A stretch of DNA of 64,000 nt from contig OZ024764.1 of assembly GCA_964016885.1 (NCBI GenBank), positions 14,694,001 through 14,758,000 of the forward strand, in the 5' to 3' direction. The notes beneath the pieces are model-generated. The model saw nothing but the letters and a program-made list of their open reading frames with translations. It did not search any database and was not told where the DNA came from. This stretch comes from Eledone cirrhosa (taxonomy: Eukaryota). The first letter of the stretch is position 1; every line of letters starts with the position of its first letter. Positions 42,911 through 55,769 of this stretch are shown in pieces. Position numbers and translations under genes: made by a program.

Positions 42911-43688
42911 CTGTTGTTTTGTGGGGGATTGAGGGCACACCACCTGTACAAAGAGATATTATCATCTTTCCTAAAGACCATCCTCCTCAGAAAATACCAC
43001 ATAATTCATGCCACTTGGACCTCATGACTGACCCATAATGGTGAATTTTGGTGGCATAGTGACATGGAGAGGAATGCAGGACCTGTGTTTGCAATAGACT
43101 GACAATGCAGGAGTATTACATATACTGTATAGCATATAGAGGAGGATTTAGTGCGATATATAGGGCAGGTAAATTATTTTAGCAGTATTTAGTGGATGCC
43201 TAAGAAATATTGTGCACATATTAATGTTGAAGTTTGCGCTTCTGTAAAAAGTGTCAAGTACCTCTTTAAATATGTTACATGGGGCATAATTGTACATCTA
43301 TAGAAGTAACGAATAATGCATTACCTAATGAGGCTCAGAACCAACACAACCATGATGAAATAAGAACCTATCTTTGTTGCAGGTATGTGTCTCAGCCAGA
43401 AGCAGTGTCGTACCTCTCGAAATTTAAGCTTCATGGTACATCACATACAGTATACAGCCTAGCCACACACCTGGTGAACAAACAGAGTTTACTTTCAAAG
43501 AGGCAATGCTCAGGTTGCAGTAGAAATGCAGGGACCCTTGCTGCCTGGTTCAAGCTAAATGAACTTCTGAACTTGCTTACACCTTCTGGGATGCCGCCTC
43601 ACAAACTCCAATTAAAAGCAGGATCAATAATAATGCTTCTATGGAATATTTCAATCCAGAACAGATTATGTAATGGCACAAGATTAGA
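42911..43688 (+). pseudogene. Helitron remnant, inverted copy
   Basis: ORF 43279: [17 protein letters not shown]...[43 protein letters not shown]. Confidence 0.9.
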
Positions 43689-43829
43689 GAGAGGAGTGGT
43701 GGGAGGTAGCCATAACAACCGTGGTAGCGGAACTGTGGTTTTTAAAGAAGTGAATAAAAAAAAAACAAGCAACAAATTTAATTTACTAAAATTAGTTTAA
43801 ACATCTAAATCTTAAGAATATTAAATCTC

Positions 43830-44599
43830 TTACCCCTTTAGCATTCACATTACTCTATATATACTATTGTACTTTCACAGTAAAGGCTTTATCTCACATA
43901 ATATCGAATCTATGAGATTTCGATATTATTTATTTTCAGAACAATACTTTAACATCAGTATGTAGTGACCTACATTCCGCGGGCTCACATACATTCTCTG
44001 TGCGTGATTTGGCTCAGTTCAGCCAATCAGCGCCAGTAGAAGAGGATGTATCCCTACGCGCCCTGAGGAAGAAATTCCCCGCGAAGATTTGAAGAATCTC
44101 CAGCTTGTACCGGAAACTTCAAGCCAGCAACACGCATAATGTAACACTGATATTGCACCCCTAGCCTCGCCGGCTTAACGGCGCAATGGCACATTCCCTT
44201 TTGTAACCTCTTTTTATTGTAACTTCAACCATATAAATAAACAAACATTTCATCTCTAATTACTGCGGTTCAAGTCGTTGTTATGTTACTCGTGTCTCAA
44301 TGACATCTTTAATCCATGCTGCTGGAATTGGCGACATGACGAAAGGAATATTGTAAATAGATGGTAAATAGATCGAGGGACCTTCCCTCACGTCTATGTC
44401 AACAAGATAATCCAACGAGGATACTATCACTTACCACACTGGCAACTAACGACCACTGATTCTACCACCCCGCTAAAGTGGCGATAACATCTATAACCAA
44501 TACTGCTAAAAGTATGAGTGGTTAATTAGGGCTGGTTTGAACAGAAAGAGGTGAGAGAATTCTGGCCGGTTACAGCTGGTTTAAATGCTAAGGGGTTAA
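43830..44599. mobile_element. piggyBac-type MITE interrupted by a solo LTR
   Basis: Ends ttac-ccctttagcatt ... aatgctaagggg-ttaa. Same family as 53205-54503, in opposite orientation. Confidence 0.75.
43961..44510 (+). mobile_element. Probable solo LTR, 550 bp
   Basis: Begins TGTAG and ends CTAAA (one change from CTACA). AGTA duplication on both sides, CCAAT and AATAAA inside, absent from the sister MITE. Confidence 0.7.
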
Positions 44600-46795
44600 G
44601 CCCTTCAAGATGTGTATGACGAGAAAGAAGCCATTTTAGAGTCGTATGACATAGATGATAACTGGAATTTATTATGTGACAACTTACTGCAGGCTGCTGA
44701 AGACACTTGTGGCTGGAGCAGAGCTCCGACCAGACAGAGAGTGACCTGGTGGTGGGACAACAAGGTAGATAAGGCCATTAGCGACAAAAGACTAGCATGG
44801 AACACTTGGATAAATGGTGGGAGTAGAGACCGATGCACAGCCGCTAAGAAAGAAGCTAGACGTCAGGTGTACTTAGCACGCAGGGAGGCTGAGAATAGGA
44901 GGGTTGCCAATGTTCTGTGACGGGAAGATCAAAGACGTGCAGTGTTCCGCATTGCAAGCCAGTGTGTCAGTGTAAATCGGGATGTTGTTGGAGATAAATG
45001 TGTCCGGAATGATGCTGGTGTACTCAGTGTCAATAATGATCAGAAAAAGGAGGCCTGGAAATGCCATTATGAGAGGCTGATGAATGTGGAGAATGAATGG
45101 GAGAGAGAGAAACTACCCACATTTGATCCAACAGAGGGACCAGCTATTGAGATTGATGACTATAGGGTCAAAGAGGCAATTAAAGAAAGGAAAAATGGTA
45201 AGGCAGCTGGACCATCAGGGAGAGTTGCTGAGATGCTGAAGGCGTGAGGAGAAGTCGGTACTAAACTGGTTGCAAGTATAATCAATCAAGCTATATATGG
45301 CGGAGTCATACCCAAAGACTGGTGCAGCAGTATTCTCATAAATTGCTACAAAGGTAAAGGGGATGCTCTGGAGCAGATCAATTATAGAGGCATAAAACTG
45401 ATGGATCAGGTTATGAAAGTGGCAGAAAAGATATTAGAGCAACTAATTAGAGAAAGAGTCAAACTAGATGAGATGCAGTTTGGTTTTGTGCCTGGGAAAA
45501 GTACAACCGATGCCCTCTTCTTAGTGAGACAACTACAAGAGAGGTTCTTAGAGAAGAATAAGCCATTATACTTAGCTTTTGTTGACCTAGAGAAAGCCTT
45601 TGATAGTGTACCCCAATCTGTCATCTGGTGATCCCTAAGGAAACTAGGTGTTGAGGAATGGCTTATGAGGACAGTGCAAGCTTTGTACAGAGGTGCTGTC
45701 TGTAAAGTGAGGGTAGGAATGGAGTTTAGTGAGGAATTCCAGATACAAGGAGGAGTCCATCAGAGTTCGGTCCTCAGCCTGCTCTTGTTCATTATAGTCC
45801 TCCAAGCCATAACAGAGGAGTTTAAGACTAGCTGCCCATGGTAACTTCTCTATACTGACAATCTGGTTTTTATAGCAGAATCAGTAGAGGAGCTAGAGAA
45901 TAAATTCTGGCTATGGAAACAGCAGTTGGAATTAAGAGGACTGAGAGTGAACCTAGCTAAAACAAAAGTGTTGATAAGTAGAAAAAAGGACAAAACTCTG
46001 ATGGCCATGTTCGATATGCAGAAAAGGAATTGGCATACATTCTATAAAATGTACACAATGCAGATCTTGGGTACACACGAAATGTAGTGGGATAGCAGGC
46101 AAACTAACAGATAGGGAAAACTACGTATGCAGTAGATGTACAGGGAAATTTGACAGTAGAAGTTGCATTGATAGACACATTTTTCAAATGCAAGTAGGCT
46201 CTATAAAAGTGGTTGATAGCTTCAGTACCTAGGTGATCAGATTAGTATAGGAGGGGGGTGTTCCGAGGCCATAGTATCTAGAATAAGGACGGGCTGGAAG
46301 AAGTTTAGGGAGCTGCTTCCTCTGGTGACAAAGAAGGGTTTCTCCCTGCATACAAAAGGTTGGTTGTTTGATGCCTGTGTAAGATGCACAATGTTGCATG
46401 GTAGTGAGACATGGGCAGCAACTACAGAGGATATGCAAAGGCTGGAGAGAAATGAAGCAAGCATGCTCCATTGGATGTGCAATGTCAATGTGCGTGAAAG
46501 ACCAAGCATGGACGAGTTGAGAGTGAAACTCTATAAGAAGGATAAACTGCAGTGTGCGGGAGAAAAGACTGCGTTGGTATGGCCATGCGATGCGTATGCA
46601 GGATTACCGCAGGGTGAAGAAGTGCCAAGTAATCCCAGTGGGAGGAAGACCAAGGAAGATATGGGCAGAGGTAGTGAGAGCTGACCTCAGATCGTTGAAG
46701 TTCAGAGGAGATGATGAAGGAGAGATGCTGCGCTGAAGAGGATCTGTCCCACCCTGATAAGCAGGGAAAAGTGGATGTATAATGATGATGATATA
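44600..46795 (+). mobile_element. 5'-truncated RTE-clade LINE, reverse transcriptase pseudogene
   Basis: TWWWD, KAAGPSG, YRGIKL, QFGFVPGKSTTDA, AFVDLEKAFD, degenerate YADD (YTDN), MLHGSETW, RLRWYGH. Cys-rich insert, multiple stops, (atg)n tail. Confidence 0.93.
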
Positions 46796-47577
46796 TATAT
46801 TTATATGTCCCACCATTGCAAACAGAAAAAAGCAGACGTAAAATGAAAATGATGATATATATATAGATAGATATGTATATATATATATATATTTTTACTT
46901 AAACGTCACAGGTGCCAAGAGGAAGAAGCCGGACAATCCTCTGATATTTGTTTATCTTCCTTTCCTTCGTGTATATATATAATATGTGTGTGTGTATGAA
47001 GATGTATGACCCCTAGCAAGCCAAACTACAGTTACTCCCCAACATGGACAGCAAATTAAAACATTACCTGTTAGAGACGAACGTGAAATGATTTGTTAGT
47101 GAACTACCGGTGTAACAGTAATTATGTTACCGGTGTAACTATTTCTGTTTACCTTATTTTTAAATGACACTCCTATATTAGTTTAGTGACCTTTCAATTC
47201 AAATAAATTCTTAATGCTGAGTGAACTCACATCGGAGTAGCCCAACGCCTTGGCCTCCGCGTGTGTGAGCCACATAAATGCTCTCAACGACATAATGAGA
47301 AGAAGCCTGGACGCAGCTGACTTTCCATCTCAACAGGAGCCAGCAGGCCTAGGCCGCGGAGATGGCAAGCACCCCAAGGGAATCACCCTCTTCCCATTCG
47401 AAGGAGGTAGATCCACAAACCCCGGCATCGCTGCCCGTCTCGCAGAAAAACATAAAATAAACAAATCCCGGGGTTTCCGGAGAGAAAGAGAGATAGAGAG
47501 AGCAGCCAAAGACACACACACACGCACACACACATACACATAGGTGTATGTATATATATATGTGTGTGTCTTTGCGT

Positions 47578-47628
<51 letters not shown>

Positions 47629-48295
47629 CAGTGATCCCCAACCTTTAATTAAACAAACCTGCGATGATCAAATTAAACACCAAAATGTAAACAAACAGCC
47701 CATAGGCGTTGCTGGATACACAATAACATGTGTAGACGAAGTAAAACTTTTATTACTGTAATATAAAGTAGAAACCCTTTATTTAAACAAAGCTGCGATG
47801 CAGCGATGATCAAAACGTAAACAAACTTCTCGTAGGTGCTGCCAGATACACGATAACATGTGTATACGAAGTGTATCTGGAAGTTTGGTCGTATTATATC
47901 ACTTTCAAATTATCCCCTGTGGGGCGTGCACCCTACGTTGAGAATCCCTCATAAATAAATATATGTGAGTGTGTTGCTATGACTGCTATTTCTAGCAGGT
48001 TTACTGCAGTCCTGTAGACGCACAACAAAAACCGGAAGTGGCAGCCATTAAAAAACTTTGGCTTAAAATCAGTGAAAAGTTTTTAAACAATTTGCCAAGA
48101 AAGATAACTCTTGTCTTACTTAATCGCAAAAATCGAGTCAAAAATTTTGCGGGTGTGCAGTTTGTTTGGTGTATTTCACTGCTATTTCTAGCATGTATGG
48201 ACACTTTAGAAATAGCAGCGAAACACGGGAAACATCAGAAAGAAGGAAACACACCTATATATATATTTATGGATATGTGTGTGTTTGTTTATATG

Positions 48296-48369
<74 letters not shown>

Positions 48370-48506
48370 TATATATATATACAGATATATATAATTAAAT
48401 ATATATATTTATATATATACATAATTATGTATATACATATTATGTATATATTTATATATATACATAATTTATATATATATATACACACACACAAATATAC
48501 ATATAC

Positions 48507-48539
<33 letters not shown>

Positions 48540-49220
48540 CGTGTGTGTCCTTCTTTCTGCTGTTTTCCGTGTTTCGCTGCTATTTCTAGTGTCAATACAG
48601 CTAGAAATAGCAGTCAAATACACCAAACAAACTGCACACCCGCAAAATTTTTGCCTCGATTTTTGCGATTAAGTAAGACAAGAGTTATCTTTCTTGGCAA
48701 ATTGTTTAAAAACTTTTCACTGATTTTAAGCCAAAGTTTTTTAATGGCTGCCACTTCCGGTTTTTGGTGTGCGTCTACAGGATTGCAGTAAACCTGCTAG
48801 AAATAGCAGTCATAGCCACACACTCATATATATTTTATATCAGGGATTCTGAACGAGGGGTGCACGCCCCACTGGGGTTAATTTGAATATAATAGGGGTC
48901 AATTTGAAAGTGATATAATACGACCCAGTTACACTTCGTCTACACATGTTATCGTGTATCTGGCAGCACCTGCGAGAAGTTTGTTTACGTTTTGAAGTTT
49001 GTTTTGATCATCGCTGCATCGTAGCTTTGTTTAAATAAAGGATTTCTACTTTCTATTACAGTAATAACACTTTTACAAGATTCTGTTTGTTTTTATATTA
49101 AAGGGGGACATAAACATATTTTAAATGTTGAAATATATTTATTTATTTATTTAAGACCTTCTCTCTGTTGTTTACTAAACTTTGAACTCAGCATTTTTCT
49201 GTTCTTCTCTAGGATTCTAG

Positions 49221-49256
<36 letters not shown>

Positions 49257-50600
49257 TGGCAGTCAACCTCACTTGGCACAGACTCGAAAAAGCCGCCGCT
49301 AATCGTGATCGTTGGGGTTATAATTAAACTAAAATGCTTCCACTGGGCACCATAAGCTGATCATGATCGTTGGAAACTGTTTTCTGCGCTGAACCTTAGA
49401 TTAAAAGACATATATATATATATAGCTGTTTAAACGGCCGGAGCTCAGCCGTCGGGGTGCTGAATATTTTCATATATATGTATGTGTATGTGTGTGTTTT
49501 GCGAATTAATAATTATATAAACAAGTTTGTAATGAACAATTTATTTATTATCAAAACTGTATAAACATGATATTATTTACAGTAACAATAACAATAATAA
49601 TGATGATTTCTAGTAAAGGTGGAAGGACAGTAATTTGGGGGAGGGTAAAGTCGATTAAATCGAAGAAAGAAAGAAGAAACAGAACGGGAAGGAGAGGGGA
49701 TGGCAAGAACTCCGGTGTCGCAGAAAATAGGGGAGGGTGGTTGAGCTTTGGGCCTAGGGCAGAAATGCTGCGCCCCACGGACAAGATGGCAAAAGTATTC
49801 TCACGGACGATGACCAGTTATACCCTATGTAACAACCACCCAACCTGGCGGGGTTCCCTCCTCAGACGGGCCGTCGACGCTCCGATCTTGCGGAGGAGCT
49901 CGGCAGTACGGGGTCCAAGTACCCCTGAGGTCTCGACATTGACTGGTGCGGAGAGGAAGCGGCCGGACAATCCTCGGTATTTGTTTATTTTACGTTCTTC
50001 TGCGAGGCGAGCGGCGATGCCGGGGTTTGTGGCCGAAACGACTTGGAAACGAAGTTGGAGGCGGAGATTGTGTCGTTGCTGGTGGTGTCCCACATGAGGG
50101 ACCTACCTCCTTCGAATGGGAAGAGAGTGATTCCGTCGAGGCGCTTGCTATCTCCGGGGCCTGTTGGCCCCAGTTGTGATGGGAAGCCAGCTGCGTCCAG
50201 GCTTCTTCTCAATATGTCGTTGAGAATGGCGTGTACCTATTCAATAATTATTTGAATATTGAAATTTTAGGTTTAACTACCTTTTAAACCAAATACATTA
50301 AGAAAGGCATAAACAACACCACATCATTTTTATTTCGATTTTGAAAGTAGGTTTATAAGTATTAAATTTCAGTAGATTCTTATAGCCTTCATGGTGGTCT
50401 GGTGGGAGATACCAGAGCAGGTGGAGGTTCTGGTTTGGGGTTCAATCCTAGTCAGGAGATACTTGAAAAGGTTCATATAAACTTCTTGAGTTTTTTTTCT
50501 TATCTCTAGAGATAAATACATGTACATAAGGTAGAATTGTTAGATCATCACATAGAATTCTTTGTAGTATTTTTTCCAAGTTCAACTTTACTTTTCTTAC
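46760..50600 (-). repeat. Diverged inverted copy of block modules ~11230-14400
   Basis: 47250-47480 mirrors 13660-13891, 47750-49110 is a foldback copy, and 49250-49500 mirrors 11620-11860. Confidence 0.85.
49550..50237 (-). mobile_element. 5'-truncated CRE-clade retrotransposon with 3' UTR and simple-repeat tail
   Basis: RRSLDAAGFPSQLGP..KRLDGITLFPFEGGRSLMWD..AEERKINKY..VETSGVLGP. Absent from the homologous site near 11590. Confidence 0.85.
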
Positions 50601-50749
50601 ATTCGGGGTTGATAATAAAGTACCAGTCAAATACTAGGGGTTAATTCTTCCTCTATATCTCTTTCTCACTCTCTCTTTTATTCAGACCTGGAGAGGAGAT
50701 GTACTCGGCCAGGTTTTATAATGAGTTATGGGGTCATACCTGCCTGCAA

Positions 50750-51015
50750 CACCACTGTGTACTAAGTGTAGATTTGGATATCCTTGTTCAGGGCCTTCCT
50801 AACATTACTGTGTACTAAGTGTAAAATGTTATATCCTTGTTCAGGGCCTTCCTAACATTACCGTGTAGAGTGTACATTTTGATATCCTTGTTCAGGGCCT
50901 TCCTAACATTACTGTGTACTAAGTGTAGCATTTTATATCCTTGTTCTGGGCCTTCCTAACACCACTGTATTAAGTGTAGCTTTTAATATCCTTGTTTTGT
51001 TCAGGGCCTTCATAA
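50750..51015. repeat. ~53-bp diverged tandem repeat, ~5 units
   Basis: Core tatccttgttcagggccttcctaaca. Confidence 0.85.
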
Positions 51016-51164
51016 TACCAGACTAGGTAATGTGTATATTATATTGTTATAGAGGAACTAAGTATGTCCTTAAGGTTCTGTAATGTACCCTAGTTGGCCC
51101 TAATGGTAGCACCAGCCCTGTATAAAACTGTGATACTTTAAGGTTCAGTAATGTACCTATCTGA

Positions 51165-52945
51165 TGTCTGTACCCTAGCTGGTTATCTGTCTCTCTCTAC
51201 CCTAGGTGTCTCTGTGTCTCTCTGTACCCTAGGTGGCTCTGTGTCTCTCTGATGTCTGTACCCTAGGTGGCTCTGTGTCTCTCTGAGGTCTGTACCCTAG
51301 GTGGCTCTGTGTCTCTCGAAGGTCTGTACCCTAGGTGGCTCTGTGTCTCTCTCTGTACCCTAGGTGTCTCTGTGTCTCTCTGTACCCTAGGTGTCTCTCT
51401 GTACCCTAGGTGGTTCTGTGTCTCTCTAAGGTCTGTACCCTAGGTGGCTCTGTGTCTCTCTAAGGTCTGTACCCTAGGTGGCTCTGTGTCTCTCTGAGGT
51501 CTGTACCCTAGGTGGTTCTGTGTCTCTCTGAGGTCTGTACCCTAGGTAGCTGGGTATCTCACTGAGATCTGTACCCTAGGTGGCTCTGTGTCTCTCTGAG
51601 GTCTGTACCCTAGGTGGCTCTGTGTCTCTCTGTACCCTAGGTGGCTCTGTTTCTCTCTGTACCCTAGGTGGCTCTGTGTCTCTCTAAGGTCTGTACCCTA
51701 GGTGGCTCTGTGTCTCACTGAGATCTGTACCCTAGGTGGCTCTGTGTCTCTCTGAGGTCTGTACCCTAGGTGGCTCTGTGTCTCTCTGAGGTCTGTACCC
51801 TAGGTGGCTCTGTGTCTCTCTGTACCCTAGGTGGCTCTGTGTCTCTCTGTACCCTAGGTCGCTCTGTGTCTCTCTAAGGTCTGTACCCTAGGTGGCTCTG
51901 TGTCTCTCTGTACCCTAGGTGGCTCTGTTTCTCTCTGTACCCTAGGTCGCTCTGTGTCTCTCTAAGGTCTGTACCCTAGGTGGCTCTGTGACTCTCTGTA
52001 CCCTAGGTGGCTCTGTGTCTCTCTAAGGTCTGTACCCTAGGTAGCTGGGTATCTCACTGAGATCTGTACCCTAGGTGGCTCTGTGTCTCTCTGAGGTCTG
52101 TACCCTAGGTGGCTCTGTGTCTCTCGAAGGTCTGTACCCTAGGTGGCTGTACCCTAGGTGGCTCTGTGTCTCTCTGTACCCTAGGTGGCTCTGTTTCTCT
52201 CTGTACCCTAGGTCGCTCTGTGTCTCTCTAAGGTCTGTACCCTAGGTGGCTCTGTGTCTCTCTGTACCCTAGGTGGCTCTGTTTCTCTCTGTACCCTAGG
52301 TGGCTCTGTGTCTCTCTCTGTACCCTAGGTGGCTCTGTGTCTCTCTAAGGTCTGTACCCTAGGTGGCTCTGTGTCTCTCTGTACCCTAGGTGGCTCTGTG
52401 TCTCTCTAAGGTCTGTACCCTGGGTAGCTGGGTATCTCACTGAGATCTGTACCCTAGGTGGCTCTGTGTCTCTCTAAGGTCTGTACCCTAGGTGGCTGGG
52501 TATCTCACTGAGATCTGTACCCTAGGTGGCTCTGTGTCTCTCTAAGGTCTGTACCCTAGGTGGCTCTGTGTCTCACTGAGATCTGTACCCTAGGTGGCTC
52601 TGTGTCTCTCTAAGGTCTGTACCCTAGGTGGCTCTGTGTCTCTCTAAGGTCTGTACCCTAGGTGGCTCTGTGTCTCTCTAAGGTCTGTACCCTAGGTGGC
52701 TGGGTATCTCACTGAGATCTGTACCCTAGGTGGCTCTGTGTCTCTCTAAGGTCTGTACCCTAGGTAGCTGGGTATCTCACTTAGATCTGTACCCTAGGTG
52801 GCTCTGTGTCTCTCTAAGGTCTGTACCCTAGGTGGCTCTGTGTCTCTCTAAGGTCTGTACCCTAGGTGGCTCTGTGTCTCTCTAAGGTCTGTACCCTGGG
52901 TAGCTGGGTATCTCACTGAGATCTGTACCCTAGGTGTCTCTGTGT
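51165..52945. repeat. 34/26-bp satellite
   Basis: Unit ctgtaccctaggtggctctgtgtctctctaaggt and variants. Confidence 0.95.
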
Positions 52946-53204
52946 CTTATTAAGGCCTGTGTCCTACGTTGCTGTCATCGTCACTGTCATCGTCATTATC
53001 ATCGCTATCATCGCCACAGTCGTCGTCAGGGCTGGATTACCTCACAACGGTAGCGAACATATTTGGATGTCATCATACGAAAGGAATTGTTGAAACATAT
53101 CAGATCTGAAATAGAGAGAGTTAGATGATGTAGAGAGAGAGGGGGAGACTGGCAGACAGTGAGAGAGAGAGAGAGAGAGACTATTGGATATCACAGACAG
53201 AAGA

Positions 53205-54503
53205 TTAACCCTTTAGCATTTAAACCAGCCATATCCGGCCAGAATTATCTCACCTCTTTCTGTTCAAACCAGCTATAACCGACTGCTTATACTTATGTTA
53301 ACGTATTGTTCTCAAAATCTCATAGATTCGATGTTATGTGAGATATATAGAGTAATGTAAATGTTATGTGAGATATTATGTAAGGTAAAGCCTTTACTGT
53401 GACAATACAATAGTATATATAGAGTAATGTAAATGTTATGTGAGATATTATGTGAGGTAAAGCCTTTACTGTGAAAATACAATAGTATATATAGAGTAAT
53501 GTAAATGTTATGTGAGGTATTATGTGAGGTAAAGCCTTTACTATGAAAATACAATAGTATATATAGAGTAATGTAAATGTTATGTGAGGTATTATGTGAG
53601 CTAAAGCCTTTACTGTGAAAATATAATTGTATATATAGAGTAATGTAAATGTTATGTGAGATATTATGTGAGGTAAAGCCTTTACTATGAAAATACAATA
53701 GTATATATAGAGTAATGTAAATGTTATGTGAGATATTGTGTGAGGTAAAGCCTTTACTGTGAAAATACAATAGTATATATAGAGTAATGTCAATGTTATG
53801 TGAGATATTAAGTGAGATAAAGCCTTTACTGTGAAAATACAATAGTATATATAGAGTAATGTAAATGTTATGTGAGCTAAAGCCTTTACTGTGAAAATAT
53901 AATTGTATATATAGAGTAATGTAAATGTTGTGTGAGGTATTATGTGAGGTAAAGCCCTTACTGTGAAAATACAATAGTATATATAGAGTAATGTAAATGT
54001 TATGTGAGATATTATGTGAGGTAAAGCCTTTACTGTGAAAATACAATAGTATATATAGAGTAATGTAAATGTTGTGTGAGGTATTATGTGAGGTAAAGCC
54101 TTTACTGTGAAAATACAATAGTATATATAGAGTAATGTAAATGTTGTGTGAGGTATTATGTGAGGTAAAGCCTTTACTGTGAAAATACAATAGTATATAT
54201 AGAGTAATGTAAATGTTATGTGAGATATTATGTGAGGTAAAGCCTTTACTATGAAAATACAATAGTATATATAGAGTAATGTAAATGTTATGTGAGATAT
54301 TGTGTGAGGTAAAGCCTTTACTGTGAAAATACAATAGTATATATAGAGTAATGTCAATGTTATGTGAGATATTATGTGAGGTAAAGCCTTTACTGTGAAA
54401 ATACAATAGTATATATAGAGTAATGTAAATGTTATGTGAGGTAAAGCCTTTACTGTGACAATACAATAGTATATATAGAGTAATGTAAATACTAAAGGCT
54501 TAA
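53205..54503. mobile_element. piggyBac-type MITE with ~16 internal 72-bp tandem units (53335-54490)
   Basis: Ends ttaa-ccctttagcatt ... aatactaaaggc-ttaa. Confidence 0.8.
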
Positions 54504-54555
54504 ACTAAATTGTAGTAGAATTGTTATGCATTTCATAAAAGTTTGTCTTTGAAAA

Positions 54556-55050
54556 ATGTCTTTCGGACTCCAACCGCTTTCCTGTCGCCACAGTGCCGGC
54601 CATCTTTCACGCCTTGCTGCCTTCAACAAAGTTATTAAGCATAGCTTGGACGCTGCGGGCTTCCCTTCCCAGCTCGAGCCGGTAGGGTTGGACCGAGGGG
54701 ACGGCAAAAGGAAAGATGGCATGACCATCTTCCAGTTCCTTGGTGGCAAACCCCTCGTCTGGGATGCCACTTGCACAAACACTTGCACCAGCCGCAACCT
54801 GGTGCAGTCTGCAACTAACCCAGGTTCTGCTGCATGTCGGGCAGAGGAGGCCAAACTCCTCAAATTCCGGTCGCTCTCCGACAGTTTTACGGTTGTACCC
54901 TTGGCAGTGGAGACTTCTGGTGTCCTCAGGCGCTAAGCTGGCCAGCCGCAGGTGTGAGCTCCGCGAGTTGGAGTCGCTTTTCCAGCGTGTCTTCCTTGCT
55001 GTCCTCCAGGGAAATGCCTTCTCCATCCTGTCCGCCGGGGCTGTGGGGGG
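54556..55050 (+). pseudogene. CRE-clade endonuclease domain fragment
   Basis: LEPVGLDRGDGKRKDGMTIFQFLGGKPLVWDATC..VVPLAVETSG..FQRVFLAVLQGNAFSIL. Confidence 0.88.
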
Positions 55051-55324
55051 CCCCACCGCGTATCATTCCATATTTAAGTATGTGCACTATCATATATTTT
55101 GGACCCACTAGTTATAATATGATAGGGGACGGCGAGGCATCGAAAAAATGGTAAGGGGACCGCCGAGAAAAACATTTGGAAACCACTGCTTTAGACAGAA
55201 TATCTTTGATAGTAAAGTAATACGGTGATATGTCGGCCAACTACATTTTCCAGCTTGTGGCGTTTGTGGGAGTTGGTTTATTGACAGTGAGGGTGTTATC
55301 TTCACTGACGGTTCGCCTAACAGA

Positions 55325-55650
55325 TGTAACTGAAGCTCCTTGTAAGGGCGCTTGGTTGTTCCAGCATCTCTGCCTCGCCATCACCCAAGGTACTTGGTGA
55401 TGCTCGCGAGGGAGCTTCGTTGTTCCAGCACCTCAGCCTCGCCATCACTCAAGGTACTTGGTGATGCTCGCGAGGGAGCTTCGTTGTTCCAGCACCTCAG
55501 CCTCGCCATCACCCAAGGTACTTGGTGATGCTCGCGAGGGAGCTTCGTTGTTCCAGCACCTCAGCCTCGCCATTACCCGAGGTAACTGGTGAAGCTCGCG
55601 AGGGCGCTTGGTTGTTCCAGTTCCTCAGCCTCGCCATCGCCTGAGGTAAC
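55325..55650. repeat. 64-bp tandem repeat (~5 units) derived from CRE coding sequence
   Basis: gttccag recurs at 55358, 55422, 55486, 55550 and 55614. Confidence 0.9.
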
Positions 55651-55769
55651 GCTGCAGACGTGCTGGCTTGCCTAAAAAATCATTAGAGAGGTTTCCCAGT
55701 GCTCCTCGCGATACTGTTATCTTTTGCTCTAGTAGCAGCTCGTTTGTCCACCCCTTTCGCCTGCCTTTG

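Larger units (their letters stand above)
31164..43202. repeat. Giant palindrome: arms 31164-34453 and 39854-43202, extending to 30246/43688 across a ~440 bp deletion
   Basis: Arms are reverse complements with only scattered SNPs, microsatellite length changes and a 20-bp indel. Mirror ORFs at 34076-34382 and 39925-40251. Confidence 0.97.

Noticed and set aside
31164-43202. Palindrome as a long-read fold-back artefact
   Set aside because: The 5.4-kb spacer, arm-specific SNPs and 20-bp and ~440-bp indels argue against it, though raw reads were not available.
51165-52945. Telomere-like array
   Set aside because: Contains CCCTAG once per 26-34 bp unit, not tandem TTAGGG.
53312-54466. 384-aa ORF of 24-aa His/Tyr repeats
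   Set aside because: A 72-bp tandem array inside a MITE; the unit length is a multiple of three and two frames are open.
55165-55195. hAT-like terminal motif tttgg(g/a)aaccactg (also ~775, ~2340, ~10501)
   Set aside because: Single ends only; no partner TIR or TSD could be established.
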